Positions 1 to 9,504 of a DNA stretch of 64,000 bases are shown piece by piece (position 1 is the first letter of the stretch; each line of letters starts with the position of its first letter). The position numbers and the translations under genes were made by a program. The notes below the pieces were generated by a model. That model had not been told where the DNA came from. It ran no database searches and saw only the letters and a list, made by a program, of their open reading frames with translations. The stretch is from a virus (Duplodnaviria; Caudoviricetes), in IMG/VR virus record IMGVR_UViG_3300025735_000009, positions 13,615-77,614 of that record; one strand, 5' to 3'.

Positions 1-393
1 CTTGGAGCCCTTCACGTCGTGCATTTCGAAGGTGCCACACGCCAGCATCACCGCGAAGTCGACGGTCAACGACGTATTGGGCGCCAGCTCCAGCTTGATG
101 GCCTCGAACTTCCACCACAGCACCTCTCCGGCCATGCGGCGCTGATCCAGGAGCGCCGCATAGCGCTTCTCGGTGGCGTTCATTTCACCCTTGGGCAAAC
201 GTCCCTTGGCCTGCATGCGCTCCAGGGCGGTGGGCTTTGGCGCTGCAGGGGCTACGCTTGGCGGCAGTGCCGGCGGTGTGGCGTGCTGGCTGCTCTGGGC
301 GCGCTTGGCCGATGCGCGGGGGTTTGGACCGCTCTGGCCCATTTCCCGCACCCTGTAGCCTGCTGGAAGCGCATTCAGGGTTTCCTCAGTCAT
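1..393 (-). CDS. DUF1064-like PD-(D/E)XK endonuclease (3' end runs off window)
   Basis: Not in the ORF track. ATG at 393 is open to position 1 and translates MTEETLNALP...MNATEKRYAALL...WWKFEAIKL...TVDFAVMLACGTFEMHDVKGSK, a DUF1064-type pattern. Confidence 0.7.
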   Translation of the reverse strand, partial: MTEETLNALPAGYRVREMGQSGPNPRASAKRAQSSQHATPPALPPSVAPAAPKPTALERMQAKGRLPKGEMNATEKRYAALLDQRRMAGEVLWWKFEAIKLELAPNTSLTVDFAVMLACGTFEMHDVKGSK

Positions 394-404
394 CCATCGC
401 TTGC

Positions 405-1253
405 TCACAGCGCAAGCACTCCAGCAGTGGCAGCTCCTGCCAACGCCAGTGGCTTGGCCAGCTCCGCCTGCAGCTGCTCGACCACCAGCGCATATGCCTC
501 GGGATGCTGCTTGTCGAATGCCGGCATATGCTCACTCTCCACCCATTGCCCGCGAACCTCTCCCCGCGCCAGCCAGGCGGGCTTTCTCCCTGGTGACTGG
601 GTCCAGCTGGTGACGCCTATACCATGGGCCGCGATCTGCTTGGCTGTAATGAACCCTTGACTGCGCATCAGGGCAACTACTTTCATCGCCGCCTCTTTCC
701 AGGGTGTCAGGCTCATCGGGGATGGAACGCCGGCTGGCAGCGTAGTCGCCAGCATGGGCACCCGGCATCGTTCGGACGGCCACCAATCAAACATCCGATC
801 GGCACTGTAGGGTGATGCAGTCCCATCACGGTCAAGCAACTGGTGGCGCAGGTCAAAGGTATAGATCTCCCCCCGCTTTTGATCATAGGTCTTACGCGGG
901 CACAGCACCGTAACGCCCAGGCACTTGAGCATCTTGGCTATCCCAGCGCTGGCATCCGTGATCTTGCTGACGATAACCAGGCGATGGTCAGGCCCTGGCC
1001 GCCCCCAGTAGTCATCGCGCGGCTCCGGCATGATCTGGTCCGCCACCTTGGCATTGAGCGCCAGCTTCGCTTCCACGCCTATCTGCCTCCCGCTCTCGTG
1101 CACCACCAGTACGTCGAAGCCTGCCGCCTCTGGATAGCAGGTCCAACCAGGTAGCGCGTTGAATTCCTGGATGAAGTACTGGCACAGGTCGGCTTCCTTC
1201 TCGATAACGGCTGTATTGCGCACGATTGGCGCCACTTGGCTTATTTCGGACAT
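405..1253 (-). CDS. PD-(D/E)XK nuclease-fold hypothetical protein
   Basis: YPEAAGFDVLVVHESGRQIGVEAKL has the E...D...ExK pattern; start placed at ATG 1253. Confidence 0.6.
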   Translation of the reverse strand: MSEISQVAPIVRNTAVIEKEADLCQYFIQEFNALPGWTCYPEAAGFDVLVVHESGRQIGVEAKLALNAKVADQIMPEPRDDYWGRPGPDHRLVIVSKITDASAGIAKMLKCLGVTVLCPRKTYDQKRGEIYTFDLRHQLLDRDGTASPYSADRMFDWWPSERCRVPMLATTLPAGVPSPMSLTPWKEAAMKVVALMRSQGFITAKQIAAHGIGVTSWTQSPGRKPAWLARGEVRGQWVESEHMPAFDKQHPEAYALVVEQLQAELAKPLALAGAATAGVLAL

Positions 1254-1365
1254 GACAGTCTCCGGCCCGCCGGTCATCAGCGGGCTTGTGTAAGGGGTAT
1301 GGTCATTCTGAGTGCCGGGCTTGGCCGGCTACGGCAGGGCTTTGCGCCCCACCGGTTACCGCTGG

Positions 1366-2595
1366 CTACCCGAACGCTTTACGGGCATCGGCCTCGTTGT
1401 CGAAGAGTCGGCAACCCCAGCAGGTCCACGTACCATCGTTATGCTGGCGGTAGAACGCTCGATTCTCCTGGCCAAGCGTCTCCAGATACCGCTGAACAGC
1501 CTCTGTGAAGGTCGCGCCCTCGAATGTCCCGTGACAGGTCGCAGTGGCCGCCTCGCCGGTCGCCCTGTATCCCTCTGACCAGATTTCAAACGTCCGCATC
1601 GGATCGACCTCGGCCTGCACCGGTGCTGCAGAATCACGCTTGTACAGGGCCTTCACCTCGATATCGCCCGGATCACCGCTGTAAGCCGGCTCTATTAGGC
1701 TGACCTGCCATCTGGCAAGTGATGCCCCCAGCTTCAAGCGATAGGCCCAGCCAGCAGGCTCATCGTTCGCCGGGCCGGTATACAGCTCGGTGGTGACATA
1801 CCCGCCGTTCTCCACCCAGTTGCCGGGATAGTTCTGCTTTGTCAGGTGGATTTGGGCGTCAAGCGTACCCGGCCTGGTGTACAGCCAGGCAAACACACCG
1901 AAGTCAGGGTGGCCAGGCTGCGCTGCAGTCTCGGGGGTTCTGGCTCCACAAGCGCACACTACATACGCGCGGTTCGGTACCGGGCCGCCCGTGGCGCGGT
2001 TGCACTCTTGGCAACGGTATTCCTTCCCCATCAGCACTGCATTGACGAAGGCGCGCTGCTCTTCGATCACTGCATCAGTGCGCTGATCCAGGTCCTCACC
2101 GTTGATTACCACGTTGTCCGGTACCAGGCCGGCGAACAGGCCGCCATTGTGGACCGTGTCGACGTCAGCGTGGCGCAGCACCAGGTAACGATCGGCGTTC
2201 TTGCGCAGGTCTTCGCGCTCAGCCTTCACGGTGTCGCACTCACGGTCCAGGCGATCTACTTCCTCGAGCAGGCGACTACGGCCGCCGTGCTTCATGCTGT
2301 CTTGAATCTCAGCGTAGGTACGGGTCAGGCGCTGGCGGACCAGCTTAGGGATGCCGGCACGCGTGGCTGCATCGATGTTATCCAACCAGCGCTGGCGGAT
2401 CTTTGCCGTGGATGCCGCTACCGGCGCCAGCAGGCCGCGCAGACGTTCGTTCTCAGCGATCAGGCCCAACACCTCGTCAGGGCCGCACTCGCTGTAAAAC
2501 TCGCTCAGGCGGCGCTCGTACTCAGCCTCATCGGCACAACTCAGTGGAGCACAGGCCAGGGCAGCGGTTTTCAATGCTTCAACTTGGGTATTCAT
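1366..2595 (-). CDS. Ead/Ea22-like mosaic phage protein
   Basis: 409-aa ORF with coiled coil, ADRYLVLR motif and CxxC..CxC; start overlaps the upstream stop. Confidence 0.55.
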   Translation of the reverse strand: MNTQVEALKTAALACAPLSCADEAEYERRLSEFYSECGPDEVLGLIAENERLRGLLAPVAASTAKIRQRWLDNIDAATRAGIPKLVRQRLTRTYAEIQDSMKHGGRSRLLEEVDRLDRECDTVKAEREDLRKNADRYLVLRHADVDTVHNGGLFAGLVPDNVVINGEDLDQRTDAVIEEQRAFVNAVLMGKEYRCQECNRATGGPVPNRAYVVCACGARTPETAAQPGHPDFGVFAWLYTRPGTLDAQIHLTKQNYPGNWVENGGYVTTELYTGPANDEPAGWAYRLKLGASLARWQVSLIEPAYSGDPGDIEVKALYKRDSAAPVQAEVDPMRTFEIWSEGYRATGEAATATCHGTFEGATFTEAVQRYLETLGQENRAFYRQHNDGTWTCWGCRLFDNEADARKAFG

Positions 2596-2891
2596 GACTT
2601 CATCCTCAAACCTTGCGCCTTAAGCGACTCTTTCACCTTCTCATGCGCCCATTGGCCATCTGGGTCACCCATGATCAGCTCGAACGGGTTCACCACCTGC
2701 AGCGCCTGGCGGGACGCCTGCCAGGCCCAGAAGGCAAGGCGAATCATTGGGTCACCGTGGGTACCGTCCTCACGGCGCCAGCTCACTATGCGAATGGCCT
2801 GGGCGCGGATCGATTCACCGAACTGCGCCACCATTTCGTCAATGTAAGCGCCCTCGAACTGCTCGCGGGCAGCTTCTGGGCGCACAGTCAC
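2592..2891 (-). CDS. Phage hypothetical protein
   Basis: 99-aa ORF in a 4-bp-overlap gene chain. Confidence 0.7.
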   Translation of the reverse strand: MTVRPEAAREQFEGAYIDEMVAQFGESIRAQAIRIVSWRREDGTHGDPMIRLAFWAWQASRQALQVVNPFELIMGDPDGQWAHEKVKESLKAQGLRMKS

Positions 2892-3136
2892 GACTTCACC
2901 ACTCGAAGCGTAGGGCCTGGGGTATTGGGAAGCGCCTGGGCGGTGGCTTCCAGAATGGCGCGCGTGCCTTCCGAGCCAAGTTGAGCGCTCATGGTGCCGG
3001 CGATAGCCGCAATGAAGCCCGCGAAGGCATGGGCCTTGTCTTGATGGCCACTAAAGCCATCAAGCGATGTTGCCGTGTCAAAGGTCGGTGCCAGCATCAG
3101 CCACAGGTCACGGCCATACTCGGTTGCTTTACTCAT
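2888..3136 (-). CDS. Phage hypothetical protein
   Basis: 82-aa ORF overlapping both neighbours. Confidence 0.7.
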   Translation of the reverse strand: MSKATEYGRDLWLMLAPTFDTATSLDGFSGHQDKAHAFAGFIAAIAGTMSAQLGSEGTRAILEATAQALPNTPGPTLRVVKS

Positions 3137-3662
3137 TTGGAGTCACCTGGCCACCAGCGGCCTCAATGGCTTGCGTGAACGCGGCCTGCAGCTCGCGCAC
3201 CACGTTGTCTTTGTACCCATCGAACCCGGGCAGCTGCACGGTGAAGGGCTCAAGCGTATCGGCCTGGCGCTCGTCTGCCTTGCACCAGAACGCAATCACC
3301 TTGCGGCCGTCACCCTTGTAGTCGCTCAGGAAGCGGCCTTTAACGCGCTCGTATGAGGAACTGAGGTGCACGGCAGCCACCTGCCGGCCGTCTCGGAAGT
3401 CAGCCGGCATACGGTGCATGGCGAAAACTTCAAGATCGGGGTCAAGGGTGGCCATCTGGCGCATCAGGTCGCGGACAGTACGAGGCGCACCCCAGCGGAT
3501 AGGGTCAGCAGGCGCCGCCAGTACGGCACGGAGCTCGTATTGAGCCTGCAGGGCCTCGCGGTCTTCGACCTCATGCTTCACCAGCGCTTCTACGTGGCAG
3601 CGCTCCACCAGCACCAGCTTGCGTTCATCGCCAAGGCGCTGGGCCTTTTCTTGATCGGTCAT
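3129..3662 (-). CDS. Phage hypothetical protein
   Basis: 177-aa ORF in a coupled chain. Confidence 0.7.
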   Translation of the reverse strand: MTDQEKAQRLGDERKLVLVERCHVEALVKHEVEDREALQAQYELRAVLAAPADPIRWGAPRTVRDLMRQMATLDPDLEVFAMHRMPADFRDGRQVAAVHLSSSYERVKGRFLSDYKGDGRKVIAFWCKADERQADTLEPFTVQLPGFDGYKDNVVRELQAAFTQAIEAAGGQVTPNE

Positions 3663-4252
3663 GGTTTCACCTGCAGGCCTTGGGCCTCGAGAGCACTACG
3701 GACGTCGGCCAGGTACTTGCCATGCTCGAAGCACTCGCCCTCTTCCTCGGGGTAGGACTCCCAGTATTTGGGGTCCCGCTGGTTGGGCAGCTCCACCACC
3801 AGGTTCACCACTTTGCCGCCCACCCCTTCAATGGCCTGCTTGAACGCGGCCTGTAGGTCACGCTCCATGCTCGCGGGGTAGTCTTCAAAGCTCGGCATGC
3901 TGGCCACCAGCGGCAGCTGTAGTGCTGTTGCACGATCGGTGTGAGCGGTGGCCACCGCCTGGGCAAGGTTCGATAGCCCATGGCTGCGCAGCACCGCCAC
4001 GGCGGCCAGCAGCTCTTCGTCGATGCTGGCAGTGGCATCAGCCATGACAGCGGCGGCCAAACCGCTGCACTGGCCGTGGGCCACATCGTTCGTCTGCGCC
4101 AGCTGCTGCAAGCGCTTGACCATCTGGTCAGCGAGCTCGACATGATCCTCAGCGCTGGTGATCGGCATCGGCACGAACTCTACGCCCACCTTGGCCATGG
4201 CCTGCGCAGCGCCAAGGGAGGTTTGTACCAGGTATGGGTGGACTCGCTTCAT
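3659..4252 (-). CDS. Phage hypothetical protein
   Basis: 197-aa ORF in a coupled chain. Confidence 0.7.
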   Translation of the reverse strand: MKRVHPYLVQTSLGAAQAMAKVGVEFVPMPITSAEDHVELADQMVKRLQQLAQTNDVAHGQCSGLAAAVMADATASIDEELLAAVAVLRSHGLSNLAQAVATAHTDRATALQLPLVASMPSFEDYPASMERDLQAAFKQAIEGVGGKVVNLVVELPNQRDPKYWESYPEEEGECFEHGKYLADVRSALEAQGLQVKP

Positions 4253-5802
4253 GGCTGCACCTCAAGCTGCAGGCGGTAAGCCTTTGCCGCGGCCACGTCC
4301 TCGGCAGTCACGGTGTACGGCTCGATATCGCGCACCTCGTAGAATTTCACATCGCAGTGGCGATCGACCCAGGCCCGCATAGGCTCCATCAGGCTCTCAA
4401 GCTCATCCTGCTGCTCTTTGGTCAGGTCTGGGAAGTTGTCGGCATACTCGCTGTTGTCGTACGCCTGGTTGGCCATGTGATTGATTACGTCGTCAATGTC
4501 CGGCAGGAAACTGCTCGGCGTGGCGTGGTGGGTCGTGCCACGGTAGATCACAGTACCCGCCACCAGCTCGCGATCGCTCACATAGCTGGCCAGGCTGTCA
4601 TTGCTCCAGTCGTCGCAGTGCTCTTTCGGACCGTAGGCGTACTCGACGGGCTTGGCGCGCTCCATCAGCGCCAGCACGCGCGGGCTGGACAGCACCTTGT
4701 CGATACCCGCCACCGTTTCAATCGCGGCCTTGTTGTTCTCCCAGGCGTGGGCGGCAACGATGAAACCGCGCGCGTGCATCAGTTCCACGTTGCGTACCGC
4801 GATCTCTTCTGCGTGCTCATGCATGCGCTGTATCGATTCTTTGCCCTGACTGGTCAAGCTGGCCTGCAGGCGCTGCGCCACAGCCTTCCAGTGCTCCACA
4901 GCGGTCCACGGCGACGGGACCACCTTAGCAACGTACCCTTGCGCCGACATATTGAGCACGCTGACGTGCATGTCGGCCTGATCCTCACTGGCGAAGCCCA
5001 GGTACTCGCCCGTTTCGAGCATCTGCACGGCATACAGGCCGCTGCTCGCCTCCTGGCGCGCATCCTCGCAAATCGCTTCAAGGTGCGACTTCTCGGCCTC
5101 TGTCATCAGCTCCCCGCCACGCTTCACGGCATCGGAAAGCTCTTTCTGGGCCAGGATCTGTTCGGCAGCATGCTGGGCAAAGTAGATCCGCTGCATCACG
5201 CTATCGGTGGGTTTTTCGATCTCTTCACCTTCATCACCGGACAGCTCAAGCAGTTCCTGGTGGTCATCCAGCCACAGGCGGGCGCTCTCAATCGAATTGA
5301 CCTCAAGGTTTTGCACCTCCCGCAGCGCCACCACCAGGGCACCATACTCGCCGTCTTTGCATGGCGTTCCGATCAGCCAGTCATCCAGCTGCTGGATACG
5401 CTCAGCATCAGGCGCCGTGTCTGGCAGCCAGTCGGGCTGGCCTGGCGTGTTGCGGGTGAACAGCAGGTGATAGATCGCATCGAACACGATCATCACCAGG
5501 TTTTCTTCGTCCAGGTCCTTTTCCCGGCAGCTCTCGTCCAGCTTCATGAACGCCGCGTGCTCATCACCACGAGCCAGGAACTCAAGGCCATAGGAACCGG
5601 CAACGTCCCATACCAGGCAGCCGGTATCGCCAAACATGGCCGTGCCGTAGCGCGACATGACCAAGTCAAATCCATCGGCACTGCTGCCCGGCTTCTGCGC
5701 GCGCCAGGCCTCCAGGTTGCCGGTCTTGGCCAGCAGCGTGTACTGGTGATCCTTGAGGCGTTCGGCGCAGCTTTCGGGGGTTGGCTTGTATTGCTTGGTC
5801 AT
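4249..5802 (-). CDS. Large mosaic Ead/Ea22-like phage protein
   Basis: 517-aa ORF with AAGGA RBS; first gene after a promoter carrying the AATCAGCCAGATA box. Confidence 0.65.
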   Translation of the reverse strand: MTKQYKPTPESCAERLKDHQYTLLAKTGNLEAWRAQKPGSSADGFDLVMSRYGTAMFGDTGCLVWDVAGSYGLEFLARGDEHAAFMKLDESCREKDLDEENLVMIVFDAIYHLLFTRNTPGQPDWLPDTAPDAERIQQLDDWLIGTPCKDGEYGALVVALREVQNLEVNSIESARLWLDDHQELLELSGDEGEEIEKPTDSVMQRIYFAQHAAEQILAQKELSDAVKRGGELMTEAEKSHLEAICEDARQEASSGLYAVQMLETGEYLGFASEDQADMHVSVLNMSAQGYVAKVVPSPWTAVEHWKAVAQRLQASLTSQGKESIQRMHEHAEEIAVRNVELMHARGFIVAAHAWENNKAAIETVAGIDKVLSSPRVLALMERAKPVEYAYGPKEHCDDWSNDSLASYVSDRELVAGTVIYRGTTHHATPSSFLPDIDDVINHMANQAYDNSEYADNFPDLTKEQQDELESLMEPMRAWVDRHCDVKFYEVRDIEPYTVTAEDVAAAKAYRLQLEVQP

Positions 5803-5859
5803 GCGGGCATTCCTTCCATGCGTTCGGGTTTATCTGGCTGATTGGCTTGCAGGGTATTG

Positions 5860-6120
5860 CTACTTCACGCCGCCCCAGCGGCCGCGGGGGCCAATGCTGG
5901 GCGGTGGGACTGGGGGTTGCTCATCCCATGGCAGGCGGTCACCGAGGCGTTTCAACGACGTCAGTTCGCCTTCTGGCATCGGCGGCAGCTCGCATTCGAT
6001 AGTCAGGTCCTGCACCAGGAACGGCGGCCAGTTCTTGACGGTTACGGGGATCGGGTCAAATCCCTCGATGTGCAGCACGGCATTGGTGCCTTGGTACCGG
6101 GGGTGCGCTGGGTGGGTCAT
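5860..6120 (-). CDS. Phage hypothetical protein
   Basis: ORF track 5860..6237; start more plausibly ATG 6120 because the longer form overlaps the upstream gene. Start uncertain. Confidence 0.5.
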   Translation of the reverse strand: MTHPAHPRYQGTNAVLHIEGFDPIPVTVKNWPPFLVQDLTIECELPPMPEGELTSLKRLGDRLPWDEQPPVPPPSIGPRGRWGGVK

Positions 6121-6133
6121 GGTGCTGACCCGG

Positions 6134-6562
6134 TTACAGGAAAGAGCGGCTGACGTCGCCGGATACGGTGGACACGCTGCCACCGATCGAGCGGCACAAG
6201 ACGTCGCCTGACGTGGTGCTGACCCCGCCCTGGACATTGCCGCACTTCACGTCACCGCTGGTGGCCGATACGGTACCCGCGGTGCCGTTAACGGTGATAT
6301 CACCGGAATCAGTCTGAACAGAGGCAGGGCTACCGTTTACGGTCACGTTTACCGTGGGCCCGGACAGCACGCCATCCTGGTCGACGCCATCGACACGCAC
6401 CCGGCCGCCGACAATCTCGACGCTCGAACCGCTGTAGGTCTTGCCGTTGATCCGCACCACGGCATTACCACCGGTGCGGACCTTCATGGAGCCGGCGCCG
6501 ACGTGGCACGAATTGGTAGAAGACAGCGCCCCCAGCAGGGCGCGGCAAAGATTCTTGATCAT
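6134..6562 (-). CDS. DUF4097-like beta-strand-repeat protein
   Basis: Repeated (T/S)xSGDV and GxVSTxSGDV units; ATG 6562 coupled to the upstream stop. Confidence 0.65.
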   Translation of the reverse strand: MIKNLCRALLGALSSTNSCHVGAGSMKVRTGGNAVVRINGKTYSGSSVEIVGGRVRVDGVDQDGVLSGPTVNVTVNGSPASVQTDSGDITVNGTAGTVSATSGDVKCGNVQGGVSTTSGDVLCRSIGGSVSTVSGDVSRSFL

Positions 6563-6753
6563 GAGTTGGTCACCATACGATGGGTTTCGGCGTGGTCGTG
6601 GGCGTGCAGCAGGGCAACAATCATCCCCTTGGGCACGCCAGCGGCCTTGGCAGTGTCGAGCGCTGCAGCGATCGCCCGGTCGAGCTCGTGCAGCGCCTTG
6701 CGTTGTTCTTTGGGAGCGGCCCATTCGGCCATGACGGCTACTGCGTGCGTCAC
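6559..6753 (-). CDS. Small phage hypothetical protein
   Basis: GTG start overlapping the upstream TGA; AAPKEQRKALHELDRAIAAA helix. Confidence 0.6.
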   Translation of the reverse strand: MTHAVAVMAEWAAPKEQRKALHELDRAIAAALDTAKAAGVPKGMIVALLHAHDHAETHRMVTNS

Positions 6754-7169
6754 GACGGCAGCACCAGTACGGCAGGAATCTGGACGATATCGCCGCCAAA
6801 CTCGTCCACGATCGCCAGGCATGCCGCCATGGGGTAGGTGTCAGCAGGCTGCGGCCGACGATTCAGATTTTTGTCAGTCAGCCACGCTTGAACTGGTGGC
6901 AAGTCTTCGGGCCCCGAACGACCTCGATCGCCAGCGATGAAGTTGATCTGATATTTGTCGATCAACGGGCCGCACTGGCTCCAATCGTCTTGAGGCGAGA
7001 ACGGCACCATCTTCCCACCGTCAACGGTACTGAAAACGGTTGTCTCTTTGCTCTCAGGATCATGAGTCAGGCCTACGGGCAGGGCCAGAACCTTGCCAAC
7101 TGCCCATGCCAGGGCTTTCCCGGTAAGGTCCTTAGTGGCGACGTCCACCGGCGTTAGGTTGAAAGTCAC
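6750..7169 (-). CDS. DUF2591 / phage ABA-sandwich-like protein (copy 1)
   Basis: DLTGKALAWAVG...FSPQDDWSQCGPLIDKY pattern; GTG start coupled to the upstream stop. Confidence 0.65.
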   Translation of the reverse strand: MTFNLTPVDVATKDLTGKALAWAVGKVLALPVGLTHDPESKETTVFSTVDGGKMVPFSPQDDWSQCGPLIDKYQINFIAGDRGRSGPEDLPPVQAWLTDKNLNRRPQPADTYPMAACLAIVDEFGGDIVQIPAVLVLPS

Positions 7170-7936
7170 TGTGCTGCTCCTTTGGATTCGGCTGCCCGGG
7201 GGCGCTTGTGTTTGATCGGGGCGCCATCTGCAGGCGCCGGCGACGTGCCGGCGAAGGCCGACTGGCCGCCGCTCTCGTAACTTGGGGTGGTGCCCTCCAC
7301 CAGGAACGGTTCCACCAGATGCCACGTCCACTTACCGTTCAGGGCCTGGGTCAGCCATTCGGCCCACGCCGGGGCGTCCTTCCAGCTGGGCGGCTGCTTT
7401 ACCTTGGAACGGGGCTTGGTGGCGCGGGTGGGCTTGGCCTTGCCTGGCGCCAGCTTCGTGGCCATCACGCCTTTCTCTTTGGCCTCGGCGGCTTCGCGAA
7501 CGCGTAGGCCTTGCTCGAAGACTTTGCTCACGGTGGCGGAACCCAGGCCATCGGCTGGATCGATGCCGCGTGCGCAGTGGGGGCAGCATGGGAGCTGGTT
7601 GCGGGAGCGCCAGACGCTTTCCACCTGCTTGGCGGCTTTGAGGTGAAGGCTCACCTCGCTGGCGGCCTTGGCGTCGTCTTTCTCACGCTGCAGCCGGCTT
7701 ACTTGGCTCTTCCAGTCCGCCGCCAGCATGCTCAACGCCCAATAGGCGGAAACCTGCTTCTCACAGTCCATGCACTTGACCACCTGGCCGACGTCATCGA
7801 GCTGGATATGCCTGTGCTGGCAACCCTCAACGCGGCGCTTGTAGTCGTCTTTCAGCCTGGCAATCTGCAGGTCTGCGAACTGAATAACGTTGGTGGAATC
7901 GCTCATGTCCGGCCCCATATATCGCATGGCCAGCAT
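7166..7936 (-). CDS. Cys-rich (CxH, CxxC, CPHC) hypothetical protein
   Basis: 256-aa ORF directly downstream of an AT-rich promoter with -10 TAGAAT. Confidence 0.65.
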   Translation of the reverse strand: MLAMRYMGPDMSDSTNVIQFADLQIARLKDDYKRRVEGCQHRHIQLDDVGQVVKCMDCEKQVSAYWALSMLAADWKSQVSRLQREKDDAKAASEVSLHLKAAKQVESVWRSRNQLPCCPHCARGIDPADGLGSATVSKVFEQGLRVREAAEAKEKGVMATKLAPGKAKPTRATKPRSKVKQPPSWKDAPAWAEWLTQALNGKWTWHLVEPFLVEGTTPSYESGGQSAFAGTSPAPADGAPIKHKRPRAAESKGAAQ

Positions 7937-7953
7937 TCTACCTATCCGCGTAC
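7935..7953 (-). promoter_or_regulatory. -10 TAGAAT plus GTACGCGGATA operator (motif A)
   Basis: Plus strand ATTCTA at 7935-7940 and TATCCGCGTAC at 7943-7953. Confidence 0.6.
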
Positions 7954-8004
7954 ATTCGTAATAGCGTTTTGTTTATTAATTTAGGCTATTTGGCATGTTG
8001 CGGG

Positions 8005-8032
8005 CACAAAAAAGCCCCGGCGATCGGGGCTT
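8005..8032 (-). terminator. Intrinsic terminator
   Basis: AAGCCCCG/CGGGGCTT stem followed by TTTTTTGTG on the minus strand. Confidence 0.75.
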
Positions 8033-8051
8033 ATTGGAGGGCGCACGGCCG

Positions 8052-8546
8052 TCAACTGCTCGAGGCCGCCATGTGTTCGAGCCCTTCCGCCAGCTGCTGG
8101 AAGGCCAGCAGGATGCGCGGCGGCAGCCCCCCGCGGTAGCGTTGTGGGGCGTCTATCCGCCATTCTTGACCAATGAAGGTGATCGTCCACGAATACAGCG
8201 TTGCCTGGGTGCTCTGGTAGCGCTCCACGAACTGATAGGCGCGGCACTGTTCGTTGTCCTCGCCGTAGTAGGACCAGCCCCGGCTATCGACGAACTCGCG
8301 CCCAGCGAAGTCTGTAACCCACACGGCCAGCTCATCGCGCAGGGTGCCGTTCATAAAGATGGGCACCGCCCATTCGGCCGCATTCTTGAATGGGTACGCC
8401 CCCAGCGCCTGCAGACGCTTGGCAATGTCGTCAAGCTCGGCGTGTGGCTGCTGCCGGGGTATGCCAGCGCTTGCATCACCAATGCGCCCGATGGCTCTGG
8501 CCACGATTTCGCCTATGTCCTGGTCCTGATCGGATTTCATGCTCAT
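8052..8546 (-). CDS. Phage hypothetical protein
   Basis: ATG 8546 coupled to the upstream stop; AAGGAG RBS. Confidence 0.65.
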   Translation of the reverse strand: MSMKSDQDQDIGEIVARAIGRIGDASAGIPRQQPHAELDDIAKRLQALGAYPFKNAAEWAVPIFMNGTLRDELAVWVTDFAGREFVDSRGWSYYGEDNEQCRAYQFVERYQSTQATLYSWTITFIGQEWRIDAPQRYRGGLPPRILLAFQQLAEGLEHMAASSS

Positions 8547-8731
8547 GGCTCCTTGGTGTGCCCACAGTGCTTGCACTGGTAGCCGCTGTAGCTGGGGTTC
8601 GAGTCGCAATCGTGCCACTCCATGGGGGTGAAGTGACACCGGGGCCAGTTGCGCAAATGCTCGGCATCGGCCGCCGCACCGGCCGCCATGATCTGCTGAT
8701 ACTCAGCCTCGGACATTTCAATCAACGGCAT
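8543..8731 (-). CDS. Small Cys/His zinc-ribbon protein
   Basis: 62 aa, CH..HDC..CKHCGH. Confidence 0.65.
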   Translation of the reverse strand: MPLIEMSEAEYQQIMAAGAAADAEHLRNWPRCHFTPMEWHDCDSNPSYSGYQCKHCGHTKEP

Positions 8732-8897
8732 GGCTGTATGTTCTCATTCTGGCTGATCTCTGTTCGTGCGGTTGTGGTCGCCCACTTTGCCGGCTGGTGG
8801 ATGCCGGATTCTTTTGAAGTGGCCCCCGGTCGTGTTCAGGCTGGGGGCCTCGATTTAACATACATCTACTTACGCGCAGGGCGTGGGCACCGGGCCA

Positions 8898-9149
8898 TCA
8901 CCCGGCCAGCAGCGACTCCGCCTCGCGCACCGCTTGCCGCACCTTGTTGCGCAACACGACCCGGCCGCGCGCTGCCCGCTGCGCCGCGCTCACTTTGTCG
9001 ATCAGGCTGTGCAAGCCTTCCTGAGCGCTGACCAGGTCGGCGGGCGGCTCGCTGCACTGCTCGATCAGGCTCGACAGGTAGCCGCCGGCATCGTGCAGCG
9101 CGGTCAGCTCGGTGGCGGCCAGGTAGATGGATGCGCCTTGCTTGGCCAT
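8898..9149 (-). CDS. Phage hypothetical protein
   Basis: 83-aa ORF with GAGG RBS. Confidence 0.65.
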   Translation of the reverse strand: MAKQGASIYLAATELTALHDAGGYLSSLIEQCSEPPADLVSAQEGLHSLIDKVSAAQRAARGRVVLRNKVRQAVREAESLLAG

Positions 9150-9182
9150 GGCTTACCTCGGTAGCAGGGGGTGGGGGTTCGG

Positions 9183-9452
9183 TTACTTACTGAGGGGGCA
9201 CAAGCGAGTCATGAACGCATAGAGCGATGCATCTAACTCGCCACGCGCCATCAGCTCTGCCAAGCGCGGATCACCCGAGTCTCGCAGCCACGCGGCCACC
9301 TGACTCAACGCCGGGGCCACTTCGTCCGTCACATCCGAATCGCCCGCCATGCCCACCCACAGTGCGCCGCTGCTTTCGTACAGCAAACGATCAAAGGCCA
9401 GATACAGGGCGACAATCACATCACGCGGGTCAATCGGTGTGGGAGCAGTCAT
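9183..9452 (-). CDS. Phage hypothetical protein
   Basis: 89-aa ORF with AAGGA RBS. Confidence 0.6.
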   Translation of the reverse strand: MTAPTPIDPRDVIVALYLAFDRLLYESSGALWVGMAGDSDVTDEVAPALSQVAAWLRDSGDPRLAELMARGELDASLYAFMTRLCPLSK

Positions 9453-9504
9453 GGGCGGAGTTCCTTAAATAATGAGGGGGTGGGTTCAGGCGTTTCGGGA
9501 ACAG

